Origin: Myxococcota bacterium
Lineage (GTDB): Bacteria; Myxococcota_A; UBA9160; UBA4427
Length of the DNA: 64,000 nucleotides
Direction of reading: 5' to 3'
NCBI GenBank assembly: GCA_965250285.1
Contig: OZ252299.1
Location: 3,648,001 to 3,712,000, forward strand
The notes below the pieces were generated by a model. The model had not been told where the DNA came from. It saw nothing but the letters and a program-made list of their open reading frames with translations, and made no database searches. Below, piece after piece: positions 29,634 through 38,913 of the stretch. The translations under genes were made by a program, and so were the position numbers. The stretch's first letter is position 1. Each line of letters begins with the position of its first letter.

Positions 29634-31283
29634 CTACGGCAGCCCCGTCTCCTCGGTGATCGTGCCGTCGTTGCCGGGCGGAGATCCCGCACCGCCGGTC
29701 GAGACGAGGGCGCCCGTCGTGATCGTCGGCGCGACGAGGGTGATGCTGCCGCCGTCGCCGCCCATCGAGCTCGGCGGCTCTTCGAGCACGTCTCCGCCCG
29801 AGGTGTCGATCGTCGGTTCGATGAAGATCGTGCCCGTGGTCGAATCGGTGACGCGGGCCACGTCGATATCGACCGGGCCTCCGCTCGCGGCGGTCAGCAC
29901 GGCCGCCCCTCCGCGCGACCGAATCGCAGAGACGCCGGTCAGCACGATGCGCTGGGTCGCGTTCGTGGGGTCATTGAAGATGCCGATCCCGATGTCGCCG
30001 CCGTTGCCCGCCAGGCTGCCGAGTGGGCCTCCATCGCCGCCCTTTGCGCTCAACGAGCCCCCGATCAGCACGTCGCCCGCCGGGACATCGGCGGCGCTGG
30101 GATCGGCCGACGTGTTGCTGGGCTGCGTCGAGATGGCGATGGGCCCACCCGCACCGGCTGAGAGGCCGGACGACGTGTTCCCACCCTCTGCGACGACGGA
30201 TCCGTCGATGGCCACCCTTCCCCCGCCGGCCTGGATGGTGATGGGCGCGCCTTGCCCCGCGGACGCGGCGAGCCCGTCCCCGCCGCCCGAGTACGTGCCG
30301 CCTTGCAGGAGGACGTCGCCCCAGATGGTCGCCACCGCACTCACGCTGCCGCCCATGCCACCGCTCGCGCCGGTGCCGCCCCGCGCATCGAGGGTGCACG
30401 CACAGCGCACAGAGCGAAAGGTCCCGAGTTGAATGTCGCCGGCGCGACCGCCGGCGCCGCCGGTCTCGGTGCTATCGCCCCCAAACGACAGCATCTGCCC
30501 CCTGAACTCGATTGAGTCGGCGCTCGCAGAGACTCCGGTGAAGAACGAGATCGTGCCGCCGTCGCCCGCATCGCCCCCAGCGTTGTCGGCGCCGTAGCTC
30601 GCGAGCCGGCCCGATGCGTAGGCGCCGGTCTGCACGAGAATCGCGATGCGGCCCCCCGACTGACCGGCCAGCTCGCCGAACGTGAGCATGCGACCCGAGC
30701 CGAAGTAGCGCGCGACGGTCAGGTTGATGCCACCTCGCTGCGCAGCCGTCACGTCGGGGATCGTGACGGTGCCGTCGTTGAGCAGGTCGCCGGGCAGAAA
30801 GACCAGCGCCTCGTTCTCGCCATTGAGCGCAAGCGTGAGGGTCGCCCCTTCTTCGACGGCGAGGGTATCGACGGGCAACTCGTCCTGGGTTTCAGCGTCG
30901 CCATCCGACACGTAGAGTCGATCGGATCCCGTCAGCGCATAGATTTCGCCCAAGGGCGGTGCGACGGGATCGAGGGCCACGCTGCGATCGCTCTCGACCA
31001 CGAGCACGACACCGAAGTTGCCGTCGAACCCGACGTCGCTCGGGCTCCAACCGGCGTCGACGTCTCCATCGCGCACGATCTCGATGGCGGCTCCGCCGTC
31101 GTAGAACAACCCGATCCGAATCAGCCCACCGACTCCACCCGAGAACCCCTCGCTGGCGGCCGAACCGCCCGAGGCGTCGATCACGAATCTCGGGCCCGAC
31201 GCGTCGTCGTCTTTGCAACCGAGTGCGCCCGAGATCAACCCGAGCACGATCAACGCCAGGCCGATTCGGCCCGTTTCTCTCAT
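29634..31283 (-). CDS. Gly-rich repetitive lipoprotein (possible beta-helix surface protein)
   Basis: Lipobox ALGC; recurring GG.GG.I.I and S.GG units. Confidence 0.7.
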   Translation of the reverse strand: MRETGRIGLALIVLGLISGALGCKDDDASGPRFVIDASGGSAASEGFSGGVGGLIRIGLFYDGGAAIEIVRDGDVDAGWSPSDVGFDGNFGVVLVVESDRSVALDPVAPPLGEIYALTGSDRLYVSDGDAETQDELPVDTLAVEEGATLTLALNGENEALVFLPGDLLNDGTVTIPDVTAAQRGGINLTVARYFGSGRMLTFGELAGQSGGRIAILVQTGAYASGRLASYGADNAGGDAGDGGTISFFTGVSASADSIEFRGQMLSFGGDSTETGGAGGRAGDIQLGTFRSVRCACTLDARGGTGASGGMGGSVSAVATIWGDVLLQGGTYSGGGDGLAASAGQGAPITIQAGGGRVAIDGSVVAEGGNTSSGLSAGAGGPIAISTQPSNTSADPSAADVPAGDVLIGGSLSAKGGDGGPLGSLAGNGGDIGIGIFNDPTNATQRIVLTGVSAIRSRGGAAVLTAASGGPVDIDVARVTDSTTGTIFIEPTIDTSGGDVLEEPPSSMGGDGGSITLVAPTITTGALVSTGGAGSPPGNDGTITEETGLP

Positions 31284-31480
31284 TCGACCCCAGAAGCGCA
31301 TCTGCATGACTCCATCGTCCGTTGGGGGCACCGGGATGGATGCCGCCTCGTACCTTCGGCCGGTCGAAGGAGTGTCGCGCTTCGCGGCTGCGCTTGCGAC
31401 CTACTCAAAGCGCGGCCGGGGCGGGGATCAAACCTGCACCCGCCGGACGGCGAAGAAGCGCGTCCGGCGGGCGCGGCTCG

Positions 31481-31960
31481 TCAAGGCGTCGTCTGATCGG
31501 CAGCCGACGTCGCGGCATCGGCGGCCGAGTTGGCTGCCTCGGTGCCGGCCGCTGCGCCCTGGGCCGCCGCATCCGTCGCTGCGGCTTCGGCCTGGGCGCC
31601 CGCGTCGGTCGCCGCCTGCGCGGCCGCGTCCTGCGCAGCCTGGGCATCGACCGGCGGCGGCGCGGCCACGTCGGGTTCGTCGTCGATCGAGACGCAGCGG
31701 AACTTCGCCACGCGGGTCGTCGGCGTGGCCGCCGTCTTGACCACGGTGAAGCGCGCGGTTCGCTCGTACTTCGCGCACTCCTTCTGCGCGAGGTCGGTCG
31801 CTTCGCCGAGATCTCCCGCCTTGGGGAACTCGATGGCGACTTCATCGGGGGTCGTGGTGAGGACCTCGGGCCGGGCGGTGGCACAGGCCGTCGCAAGGCC
31901 TGCGGCCGCCATCACGATCACGGCGAGTCGAGTGACATCGTTGCGGGGACGATTCGTCAT
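31481..31960 (-). CDS. Hypothetical lipoprotein with Ala-rich tail
   Basis: GGAG RBS; LATAC lipobox; small domain with 2 Cys; AAQAATDA-like repeats. Confidence 0.65.
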   Translation of the reverse strand: MTNRPRNDVTRLAVIVMAAAGLATACATARPEVLTTTPDEVAIEFPKAGDLGEATDLAQKECAKYERTARFTVVKTAATPTTRVAKFRCVSIDDEPDVAAPPPVDAQAAQDAAAQAATDAGAQAEAAATDAAAQGAAAGTEAANSAADAATSAADQTTP

Positions 31961-32161
31961 GGGGGACTCCAATTCAGGTTCGATGGGGGTGAATCAGCTA
32001 GACCCGCACCCTAACACGAGCTCGTGTCGACTCGTGTGCGGTGAAGTCCCATCACGGACGCTGTAAGTGCTCAGAATCGTCCGAGACGTCGATGACGCGC
32101 CGGTTTCGTGCCTGACTCTGCGTCGAATTCGCCGAACGAAGCGGCACGATCAGCCGACATC

Positions 32162-32620
32162 TCACGCGCTCAGCTGCAGCAACCCGGCGCCGAGGTTGAC
32201 CGCGGCTTCGACCGCGTCGACGGCGAAGATCGTGAGCATCGGCCCCGACAGAACGGGCCAATAGGCCTCGCCCTGGCGCTCGCCGCCCCGGAGCACCGGC
32301 ACGTTGAAGTAGAACTGTGAGAAGTGAGCGGCCGCGAGCACGAACAACACGATCGCGCGCTCGCCGGGTGCCGTGAAGAGGGCGCTGCCACTGAGGGCGA
32401 GGGTCAGCAGCACGAGCGACATGAGGGCAAAGGCGGCGTTGAAGCCGCCCAGAAAGCGCACGCCCGCGGCGTAGGTCTTGAAGATCGGCGAGTCGCGCTG
32501 CGACCGGGCCACCATCACCTTCGCGGCCGTCTCGGGCTGATAGCTGAAGTAGCGAAAGCCCATCGTGAACCACACGAGGCTCGCGAAGAGTGCAAACACA
32601 TAGGCGGCGGGGGCGATCAT
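32162..32620 (-). CDS. Hypothetical four-TM membrane protein
   Basis: Hydrophobic segments; GGAG RBS; divergent from MarR. Confidence 0.7.
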   Translation of the reverse strand: MIAPAAYVFALFASLVWFTMGFRYFSYQPETAAKVMVARSQRDSPIFKTYAAGVRFLGGFNAAFALMSLVLLTLALSGSALFTAPGERAIVLFVLAAAHFSQFYFNVPVLRGGERQGEAYWPVLSGPMLTIFAVDAVEAAVNLGAGLLQLSA

Positions 32621-32680
32621 GGGAGGGTCTCCGGAGGCGTGCGTCCAGTCGGTTGCGTGCGTTCGCGGGCTGAGGCAAAC

Positions 32681-32717
32681 TAGTTCAATCTTGAACTAAA
32701 TAGTTCGGACTCGAAGT
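32681..32717. promoter_or_regulatory. Probable MarR operator (perfect site plus degenerate copy)
   Basis: TAGTTCAA-TC-TTGAACTA (32681-32698) followed by TAGTTCGGACTCGAAGT. Confidence 0.7.
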
Positions 32718-32718
32718 C

Positions 32719-33153
32719 TTGTCAAACGGCCGGCGCCCGCGCGTCTTTCATCTACTGCATCTCGCCCACGGCGCGATGTTTCGCGCGCTCGACCGACGAC
32801 TGCGCGAAGCCGAGGGGATCGTCACCGCCCATCAGGTGGTCCTGTTCACCCTCGCGGCCGAGGACGGTCTGCCGAGCTCGGAGGTCGCGCGCCGCGCCGG
32901 GCACACCAAGTCGCGGCTCACCGGCCTCGTCGACACGCTCGAAGCGAGCGGTCTCGTCGAGCGCAGGGTCTCAGACGAGGACGGCCGCGTGCATCTGCTG
33001 CATCTGACCCGAGCCGGGCGCGCCTTGATCGCCCGCACCGTGTCCGAGACGAACGCGCTCAACGCAGCGCTGCTCGCACCCTTCGACCGCAAGGAGCAGG
33101 CGGTGATCCAGGCGTTTCTCGAGCACGTTCGTGCCGAAGCCGAAAAGCTCTAG
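32719..33153 (+). CDS. MarR family regulator
   Basis: Winged helix: SRLTGLVDTLEASGLVERR...DGR...LHLT.AGR. Confidence 0.9.
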   Translation: MSNGRRPRVFHLLHLAHGAMFRALDRRLREAEGIVTAHQVVLFTLAAEDGLPSSEVARRAGHTKSRLTGLVDTLEASGLVERRVSDEDGRVHLLHLTRAGRALIARTVSETNALNAALLAPFDRKEQAVIQAFLEHVRAEAEKL

Positions 33154-34298
33154 CGGGCGAGCGTGAGCTCTTCGAGGGTCTCGGGCGCGTGCGTCAGCGA
33201 CACGTTCCCCTCGTCGGTGACGAGGACGGTGTCCGAGAATCGAAAGCCGCCGATGCCCTCGAAGTAGATGCCGGGCTCAATGCTGAAGAGCATGCCGGGC
33301 TCGACCACGCGGTCATACCCGATGGCGAGGAACGGCGCTTCGTGGCCAGTCACGCCGAAGCTGTGGCCGGTGCGGTGCAGCACGTGGTCGAGGTAGCCGT
33401 GCTTCTCGAAGCAGTCGCGGGTCGCCTGGTCGACGGACGACATCGACACGCCGGGTCGCAGCAAGTCGAACGCGATCTGCCGCGCTTCGAGCATCACGTC
33501 GAACCGTTCGCGAGCCAGGTCGGGCACGATGTTCACGAAGTACGTGCGCTCGACCTCGGCCCCGTAGCCATTGACGCGGCAGTTCACGATGGTCACGTGA
33601 GGACCGCCCTCTTCCTCTTTCAGTGCAGCGCCCGTGAAGTTGTGGGGGTCGTGGGAGATGCTCGGCGGCTGCGCCACGGCAGCGAAGCTGCAGGCCAGGT
33701 GATTCGGGTTCGGCACCTCGCGGTACATGCGAAACGTCATGGCTCGGCTCACGTCGCCGAAACCCACGCCTTCGAGCAGCTGAGCGTGGCCCTCACTGAC
33801 CACGCTCGAGGCATGCGCAATGCGGCCGATCTCGTACGGCGTCTTCACGAACCGAGCCTCGTCGACGACGTCGAGTCGAACCCGCTCCGCATCGATGGCT
33901 TCGTAGACCTGGAGCGGGCAGATCGACTCGACGCCCACGCGCTTCGCCTGGCCGAGCGCGGCGCGCAGCACGTCAGCCCACTCGCCGCCGGCCGGCGCCG
34001 GGAACTCGGCGTATCGGCAGGTGTCGACGTCACCGACCGAGCGCGCTCGCACGTGCGCCTCTTCGAGGTGCGGCACGACGAATCGGATCGGGCCGGTCGG
34101 CGCAATCACGAGCACGAAGGGGCGCTCGTGGATGTAGTTCGCGAAGTGCGTGAGGTAGTAGACGTTGTCGGGGCAGTGACAGACGTAGGCGTCCAGCTCC
34201 GCGGCCGCCATGCGCGCGCGCACGCGAGCCAGTCTGCCCTCCATCTCTTCGGCGTCGGGCGGGGCCATGATGAGATCGGGGCCGCGAGCATCGCTCAT
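33150..34298 (-). CDS. M24 family (Xaa-Pro peptidase/creatinase-like) protein
   Basis: Creatinase-N domain, HRTGHSFG, FSIEPGIY, GGFRFSDTVLVT. Confidence 0.88.
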   Translation of the reverse strand: MSDARGPDLIMAPPDAEEMEGRLARVRARMAAAELDAYVCHCPDNVYYLTHFANYIHERPFVLVIAPTGPIRFVVPHLEEAHVRARSVGDVDTCRYAEFPAPAGGEWADVLRAALGQAKRVGVESICPLQVYEAIDAERVRLDVVDEARFVKTPYEIGRIAHASSVVSEGHAQLLEGVGFGDVSRAMTFRMYREVPNPNHLACSFAAVAQPPSISHDPHNFTGAALKEEEGGPHVTIVNCRVNGYGAEVERTYFVNIVPDLARERFDVMLEARQIAFDLLRPGVSMSSVDQATRDCFEKHGYLDHVLHRTGHSFGVTGHEAPFLAIGYDRVVEPGMLFSIEPGIYFEGIGGFRFSDTVLVTDEGNVSLTHAPETLEELTLAR

Positions 34299-34349
34299 GA
34301 GCTTCTCCAGACCGCGCCGCGGGGTCGCCTCGAAGGCCGAGACGCGGGC

Positions 34350-35966
34350 TCAATCCGTGTCGACGCCGGGATAGCCTGCCTCGGCGACCTTCGTGATGCG
34401 GTCCGTGTACCGGGGCGCACCGCCCCAGTACGCCATGTAGCGGAACTGGCCCTCGCCGTGGCCCTCGACATTCGCGTTGTAGCCGGTGAACCAGCCGCGG
34501 CTTCGGCGCATGAGCATGCGCTCCTGTGAAGCGATGACCTCCTCGCCCCAGCCCTTCTCGGCTTCTTCGCGCGCCTCGAACCGGGTGATCCCCCGTTCGC
34601 GGACGTGGGCGAGAAAGTCGGTGATCCAATCGACGCCGCCTTCGATCGCGCGAGGAAAGTTCGTCGAGCCCGAGACACTCTGCGGCCCGGCGACCATCAG
34701 CAGGTTCGGAAAGCCGCAGGTCATCAGGCCGATGAAGGTGCTCGGCGATTCTTTCCACTTCTCGCGAAGGACGCGGCCGCCCGCCCCCCGAATGTCGATG
34801 CGATCGAGCGCCCCGGTGATCGCATCGAAGCCCGTCGCGAGCACGAGAAGATCGAGCTCGACCGTCGCATCGCTCGTCTCGACGCCTCGGGGCGTGACGC
34901 GTTCGACCGGCGTCTCGGAGAGGTCGACCAGATGGACGTTCCGTCGGTTGTAGGCCTCGAAGTAGTTCGTCTCGAGGGGCAGCCGCTGCAGGGCGAAGCC
35001 GTGATCCTTGGGGATCAGCTTCTCGGCGATCGCAGGGTCGTCGACGCGTTGCCGGATTCGCTCGGCGACGTACTCGGACATCTCCCGGTTGGCCGCTTCG
35101 TCGAAGAAGATCTCGGGGAAGTTCCCCGCCATGATCGCGAACCCGGGCTGGGCGTAGAGCTCGTCCCACCTGGCCTTGCGCTCTTCGGGCGTCACCTCGT
35201 AGAAGCGCCGCTTCTCGGGCAAGTGCTCGAAGCCGCCGTGGGTCTGCGCGCAGGCCTCGAAGATCTCGTCGTAGCGCGAGCGGATATCCGCCATCTCCTC
35301 CGCCGAGATGGGCGAATTGTTGAGCGGCGTGCTCCAGTTGGGCCGACGTTGAAAGACGAAGAGCTCACCGACCTTGTCCGCGATCTCGGCGATCACCTGG
35401 ATGCCGGTCGCACCGGTGCCGACGACCCCGACCCGACGCCCGGCGAGCGGCACCGGATCTTTCGGCCACCAGTACGTGTGGAAGCACTCGCCGTCGAAGT
35501 CTTCGAGGCCCGGCCAGTCGGGGGTCGTCGGGATCGACAGCACGCCGAGGCCCGTGATGACGAAGCGCGCCGAGAACCTGCGCCCGTCTGCGAGGTCGAG
35601 CTGCCAGAGACGCTCGTCTTCGAGCCAGGTCATCGCTTCGACGCGCGCGTCGAACCGCATGTGCCGACGCAGATCGAACTTGTCGACGACGAAGTTCAGG
35701 TATCGCAGGTTCTCGGGCTGCGGCGAGAAGCGCTCCTTCCAGTGCCACTCGTCGAGCACCTCGCGTGAGAACGAGTAGCCGTACGTGTAGCTCTCCGAAT
35801 CGAAGCGGCAGCCGGGGTAGCGGTTGCGGTACCAGGTGCCGCCGAGGTCGTCGTCGGCTTCGAGAACGATCGCATCGACGCCCAGATCGACCAGGCGCTT
35901 GATCTGGTAGATGCCCGACGCGCCTGCGCCGATCACGATGATCTCGTGGTGCTCCGACTCGCCCAT
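34350..35966 (-). CDS. Baeyer-Villiger monooxygenase (second)
   Basis: GAGASG, GGTWYRNRYPG, FDGECFHTYWW, GTGATG, ATGFDA. Confidence 0.92.
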   Translation of the reverse strand: MGESEHHEIIVIGAGASGIYQIKRLVDLGVDAIVLEADDDLGGTWYRNRYPGCRFDSESYTYGYSFSREVLDEWHWKERFSPQPENLRYLNFVVDKFDLRRHMRFDARVEAMTWLEDERLWQLDLADGRRFSARFVITGLGVLSIPTTPDWPGLEDFDGECFHTYWWPKDPVPLAGRRVGVVGTGATGIQVIAEIADKVGELFVFQRRPNWSTPLNNSPISAEEMADIRSRYDEIFEACAQTHGGFEHLPEKRRFYEVTPEERKARWDELYAQPGFAIMAGNFPEIFFDEAANREMSEYVAERIRQRVDDPAIAEKLIPKDHGFALQRLPLETNYFEAYNRRNVHLVDLSETPVERVTPRGVETSDATVELDLLVLATGFDAITGALDRIDIRGAGGRVLREKWKESPSTFIGLMTCGFPNLLMVAGPQSVSGSTNFPRAIEGGVDWITDFLAHVRERGITRFEAREEAEKGWGEEVIASQERMLMRRSRGWFTGYNANVEGHGEGQFRYMAYWGGAPRYTDRITKVAEAGYPGVDTD

Positions 35967-36093
35967 CCGCGACGTCTCCTGAGCATCGACCTCGACCCGT
36001 GGATCGAGCCGAGGCGAGCCGTTGACGAGTATACGTCGTCGCAGACTGCGCGATCATCGGTCGACGGTCGTCACGACCGACGCCGCGCGCTCG

Positions 36094-36888
36094 TCAGGCG
36101 TGAAACGTCCCCGGCTCGGCGAAGACCCGAAACGGCGCAACATCGCGAAAGCCGACCGACGCGTAGAGCGACCGCGCCATCGTCGTCGAGTGCAGGACGG
36201 CACGGGTTCGGCCACGGCCGCGCGCGGCGGCGAGCGCTTCGATACACACGCGTCGACCCAAACCGAGCCCCCTCGCCTCGGGCTGCGTGACCATGCCGTA
36301 GACGCCCACCGCCGCTTCGGAGTCGTGGGTGACGCACTTGGCGACCGGTGTGCCTTCCTTCATCGCGAGCCAGGCGCGATTGGGCGAGCCGGGCGCCCCG
36401 AAACGAAGCACATCGGCGAAATCGAGGAGCTTCGATCGAGCCGAGCTCGGCACCTGCCAGCGGTTCGCCACGAACTCGAGGAACGGGGGAAACGCGCGAT
36501 CGGGCGTGACCTCGACCAGCTCGACGTCAGTCGGCAACTCGTCCTCTGCGGGGAGCTCCGCCAGATCGGCAGTCATCCCGGCGAGCACCTCCGATTCGGC
36601 GAGCCCGCGCTCAACCAGCTGCGCGTCGATGTCGGCGGGGGTCGCGCTCGGATGCACGAACCAGAGAAACGGGACACCCGCGTCGGCGTACCGCTGAAAG
36701 ATCGCGTCGATCGAGGGCGCCGAAGGCGCGTCGCCGCGATAGCGCAGCACCATGTTGTAGGGCAGAACGGGCATCGGGGTCTCGACCCAGAGCGCGTCGC
36801 CCTCGTCGTGCAGCGCGCAGCCCTTCGCCCGGCCGAGCTGCGACCACATCGAACACAGGTTCTCTTCGACCGCTGCCACCGCGTCCAT
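36094..36888 (-). CDS. GNAT family N-acetyltransferase
   Basis: VYGMVTQPEARGLGLG acetyl-CoA motif, ARSLYASVGF. Confidence 0.85.
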   Translation of the reverse strand: MDAVAAVEENLCSMWSQLGRAKGCALHDEGDALWVETPMPVLPYNMVLRYRGDAPSAPSIDAIFQRYADAGVPFLWFVHPSATPADIDAQLVERGLAESEVLAGMTADLAELPAEDELPTDVELVEVTPDRAFPPFLEFVANRWQVPSSARSKLLDFADVLRFGAPGSPNRAWLAMKEGTPVAKCVTHDSEAAVGVYGMVTQPEARGLGLGRRVCIEALAAARGRGRTRAVLHSTTMARSLYASVGFRDVAPFRVFAEPGTFHA

Positions 36889-37006
36889 ACCCAGAAGGTA
36901 GCGGCGAAGTCGCCGCACGAGCGAAACGCTCCCGGTACACACCGGCGTGTGCCGATCTTCGCCCGCGAGCCGCGTCGCCCGGAGCCAGATCGCGCTCGTA
37001 GACGCG

Positions 37007-38086
37007 CTACGCGCTCTCGCGCGCGGTGTAGGTCCCCATACAGCCCATGATCATCTTCAGGTCGAGGTACGTCTTGAAGCCGGGCTCATCGGCATCGCAG
37101 ACCAGCGGCACGGCGTTTACGCAGTGAAAGGCCGTGGTCGAGAGCCCCTGGGCCACTCTCTGGTCGTGATTGAGCTCGGGAGGAAAGTCGACGTCGATGT
37201 TCAGGTTGACGTCGCCTTCGAGCGCGATGCGCCAACCACTCTCTCGCGGCACTTCCATCTTGCGCTCGAGCCGCCCGTGACTTCGGTCGTCGACGTACCA
37301 GATCTGCTCCTGGATGATCTCCATGCCGCAATCGGTCGTCCCGATGTGCTTGTGATGGTTGAGACCGATCTGCCCCTTCTCGACGGTGCCGATCGCGCAT
37401 TCGATGTCCTCGGCGGCGAGGATGTAGTCGTGGGTCGCCTCGTAGCTCACGACCTTCACACCCAGACCGTCGGCGATCATGTCGATCGACTCGAACCAGT
37501 TCTTGGCGAGGATCTCCTTGAGTGGGTTGTTCTCGGCCTGCTCGGGCGGCACACCCAGGTTCATCACCAGACGCATGACGCCTTCGCTGCTGTATTCGCG
37601 GCAGTCGCCGCACTCGGTCATCTGGATGCGATCGATCTGATTGCACCAGCCGCTGAAGGTCAGCGGGAACCGCTCGGCGATGCCGCCCGGGTTGCAGCCC
37701 GAGGCCAGGAACGCCACGCCGCCCTTCTTCGCAGCCGCGTCGATCTGGTCGGCGATCTCGGGGCTCTGCACGAAGGGGTAGAAGTACGGACACGGCGTGA
37801 CGACGTTCTTGCCGGCCTCGAGCAGCTGACAGATGTCGTTCGGATCCCACGGCAACGGGCAGTAGATGACGCAGTCGGCGTCCGAGGCCAGCACCGCCTC
37901 GACGTCGCGGCTCGCGATCACGCCGGTGTCGTCGGCCTCGATGATCGCGCCGGCGTCGAGCCCCTCCTTCTCTTCGCTGTAGACCTTGACCCCGACGAGC
38001 TCGAGCTTCGGGTGGCGAAGGATGCCGCGAAGCGACGACTTGCCGACGACGCCCGTCGCCCACTGATAGACCTTGTACTCGCTCAT
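37007..38086 (-). CDS. Dihydrodipicolinate reductase-like / 2,4-diaminopentanoate dehydrogenase-like NAD(P) oxidoreductase
   Basis: QWATGVVG, K.GLDAG, LEAGKNVVT, GCNPG, TAFHCVNAVP.VC...PG. Confidence 0.8.
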   Translation of the reverse strand: MSEYKVYQWATGVVGKSSLRGILRHPKLELVGVKVYSEEKEGLDAGAIIEADDTGVIASRDVEAVLASDADCVIYCPLPWDPNDICQLLEAGKNVVTPCPYFYPFVQSPEIADQIDAAAKKGGVAFLASGCNPGGIAERFPLTFSGWCNQIDRIQMTECGDCREYSSEGVMRLVMNLGVPPEQAENNPLKEILAKNWFESIDMIADGLGVKVVSYEATHDYILAAEDIECAIGTVEKGQIGLNHHKHIGTTDCGMEIIQEQIWYVDDRSHGRLERKMEVPRESGWRIALEGDVNLNIDVDFPPELNHDQRVAQGLSTTAFHCVNAVPLVCDADEPGFKTYLDLKMIMGCMGTYTARESA

Positions 38087-38160
38087 GCCCTTCTCCTCGA
38101 GGCCGCTCGCACGCTCGGCTCGGGCGGCGCCACGCCCCGGAGCTCGCGTGGCTCCGGCAA

Positions 38161-38183
38161 TAAATTACACGCGTGTTACTTTA
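38161..38183. promoter_or_regulatory. Probable TetR operator
   Basis: AT-rich TAAATTACACGCGTGTTACTTTA with core palindrome ACACGCGTGT between divergent genes. Confidence 0.55.
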
Positions 38184-38229
38184 CACGGGCACGAGGCGGC
38201 TGCAAGCACCGATGCACACGGAGAGCTCG

Positions 38230-38865
38230 ATGGCGCGCAAGGTTCGCAAGCTCGGCAGGCCCGCCGGTTCGAGCCGCGAGGACACCATCGCCCGCGCTCT
38301 CGTCAGTGCGCGCCGCCTCTTCGCGACGAAAGGCTACGCCGGCACGACGCTCAAGGACGTGGCGCACGACATGGGCGTCACCCACGCGACGCTCTACCGG
38401 TACTTCGACTCGAAGGTCGATCTCTACTGCCAGACGATTGACGCGACCCAGGAGCTGCTTCGACCCGAGTTCGAAGCCGTGCTCTCGATGGAAGGCTCTT
38501 GCAAGCAGCGACTGATCGAGCTGCTTCGGGTGGCACTCGGCGACCGCGATCCCGAATCGGGCCGCTCAGCCTTTCTCGCGGCCGTGCCCATCGAGCTGAT
38601 GCGCCACGACGACCTGCGAAGAGCGATCGACTACGAGCAGAACCGCATGGCGCAGACGCTCCTCACGCTCTTCAGCGAAGGCCTGGATCGCGGCGAGATC
38701 GTCGCCGACGCGACGGCCGAAGACCTGATGGTGCTGTTCATGGGCGGTCTCCTGGGCATGAACGTCTTCCATCAAGGCGGCCGCATCGGCTCGATGGAGA
38801 AGGTCTTCGAGCTGTTCGTGTCGATGTTCGATCACGGTGTGTTCGCGGTGGACGAGCTTGCATGA
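38230..38865 (+). CDS. TetR/AcrR family regulator
   Basis: GRP, FATKGYAGTTLKDVAHDMGVTHATLYRYFDSK. Confidence 0.9.
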   Translation: MARKVRKLGRPAGSSREDTIARALVSARRLFATKGYAGTTLKDVAHDMGVTHATLYRYFDSKVDLYCQTIDATQELLRPEFEAVLSMEGSCKQRLIELLRVALGDRDPESGRSAFLAAVPIELMRHDDLRRAIDYEQNRMAQTLLTLFSEGLDRGEIVADATAEDLMVLFMGGLLGMNVFHQGGRIGSMEKVFELFVSMFDHGVFAVDELA

Positions 38866-38913
38866 GTCACATCGCGCTGGCTTCGAAGCAGCGTGGGCGA
38901 CGTGTGCACCGGT

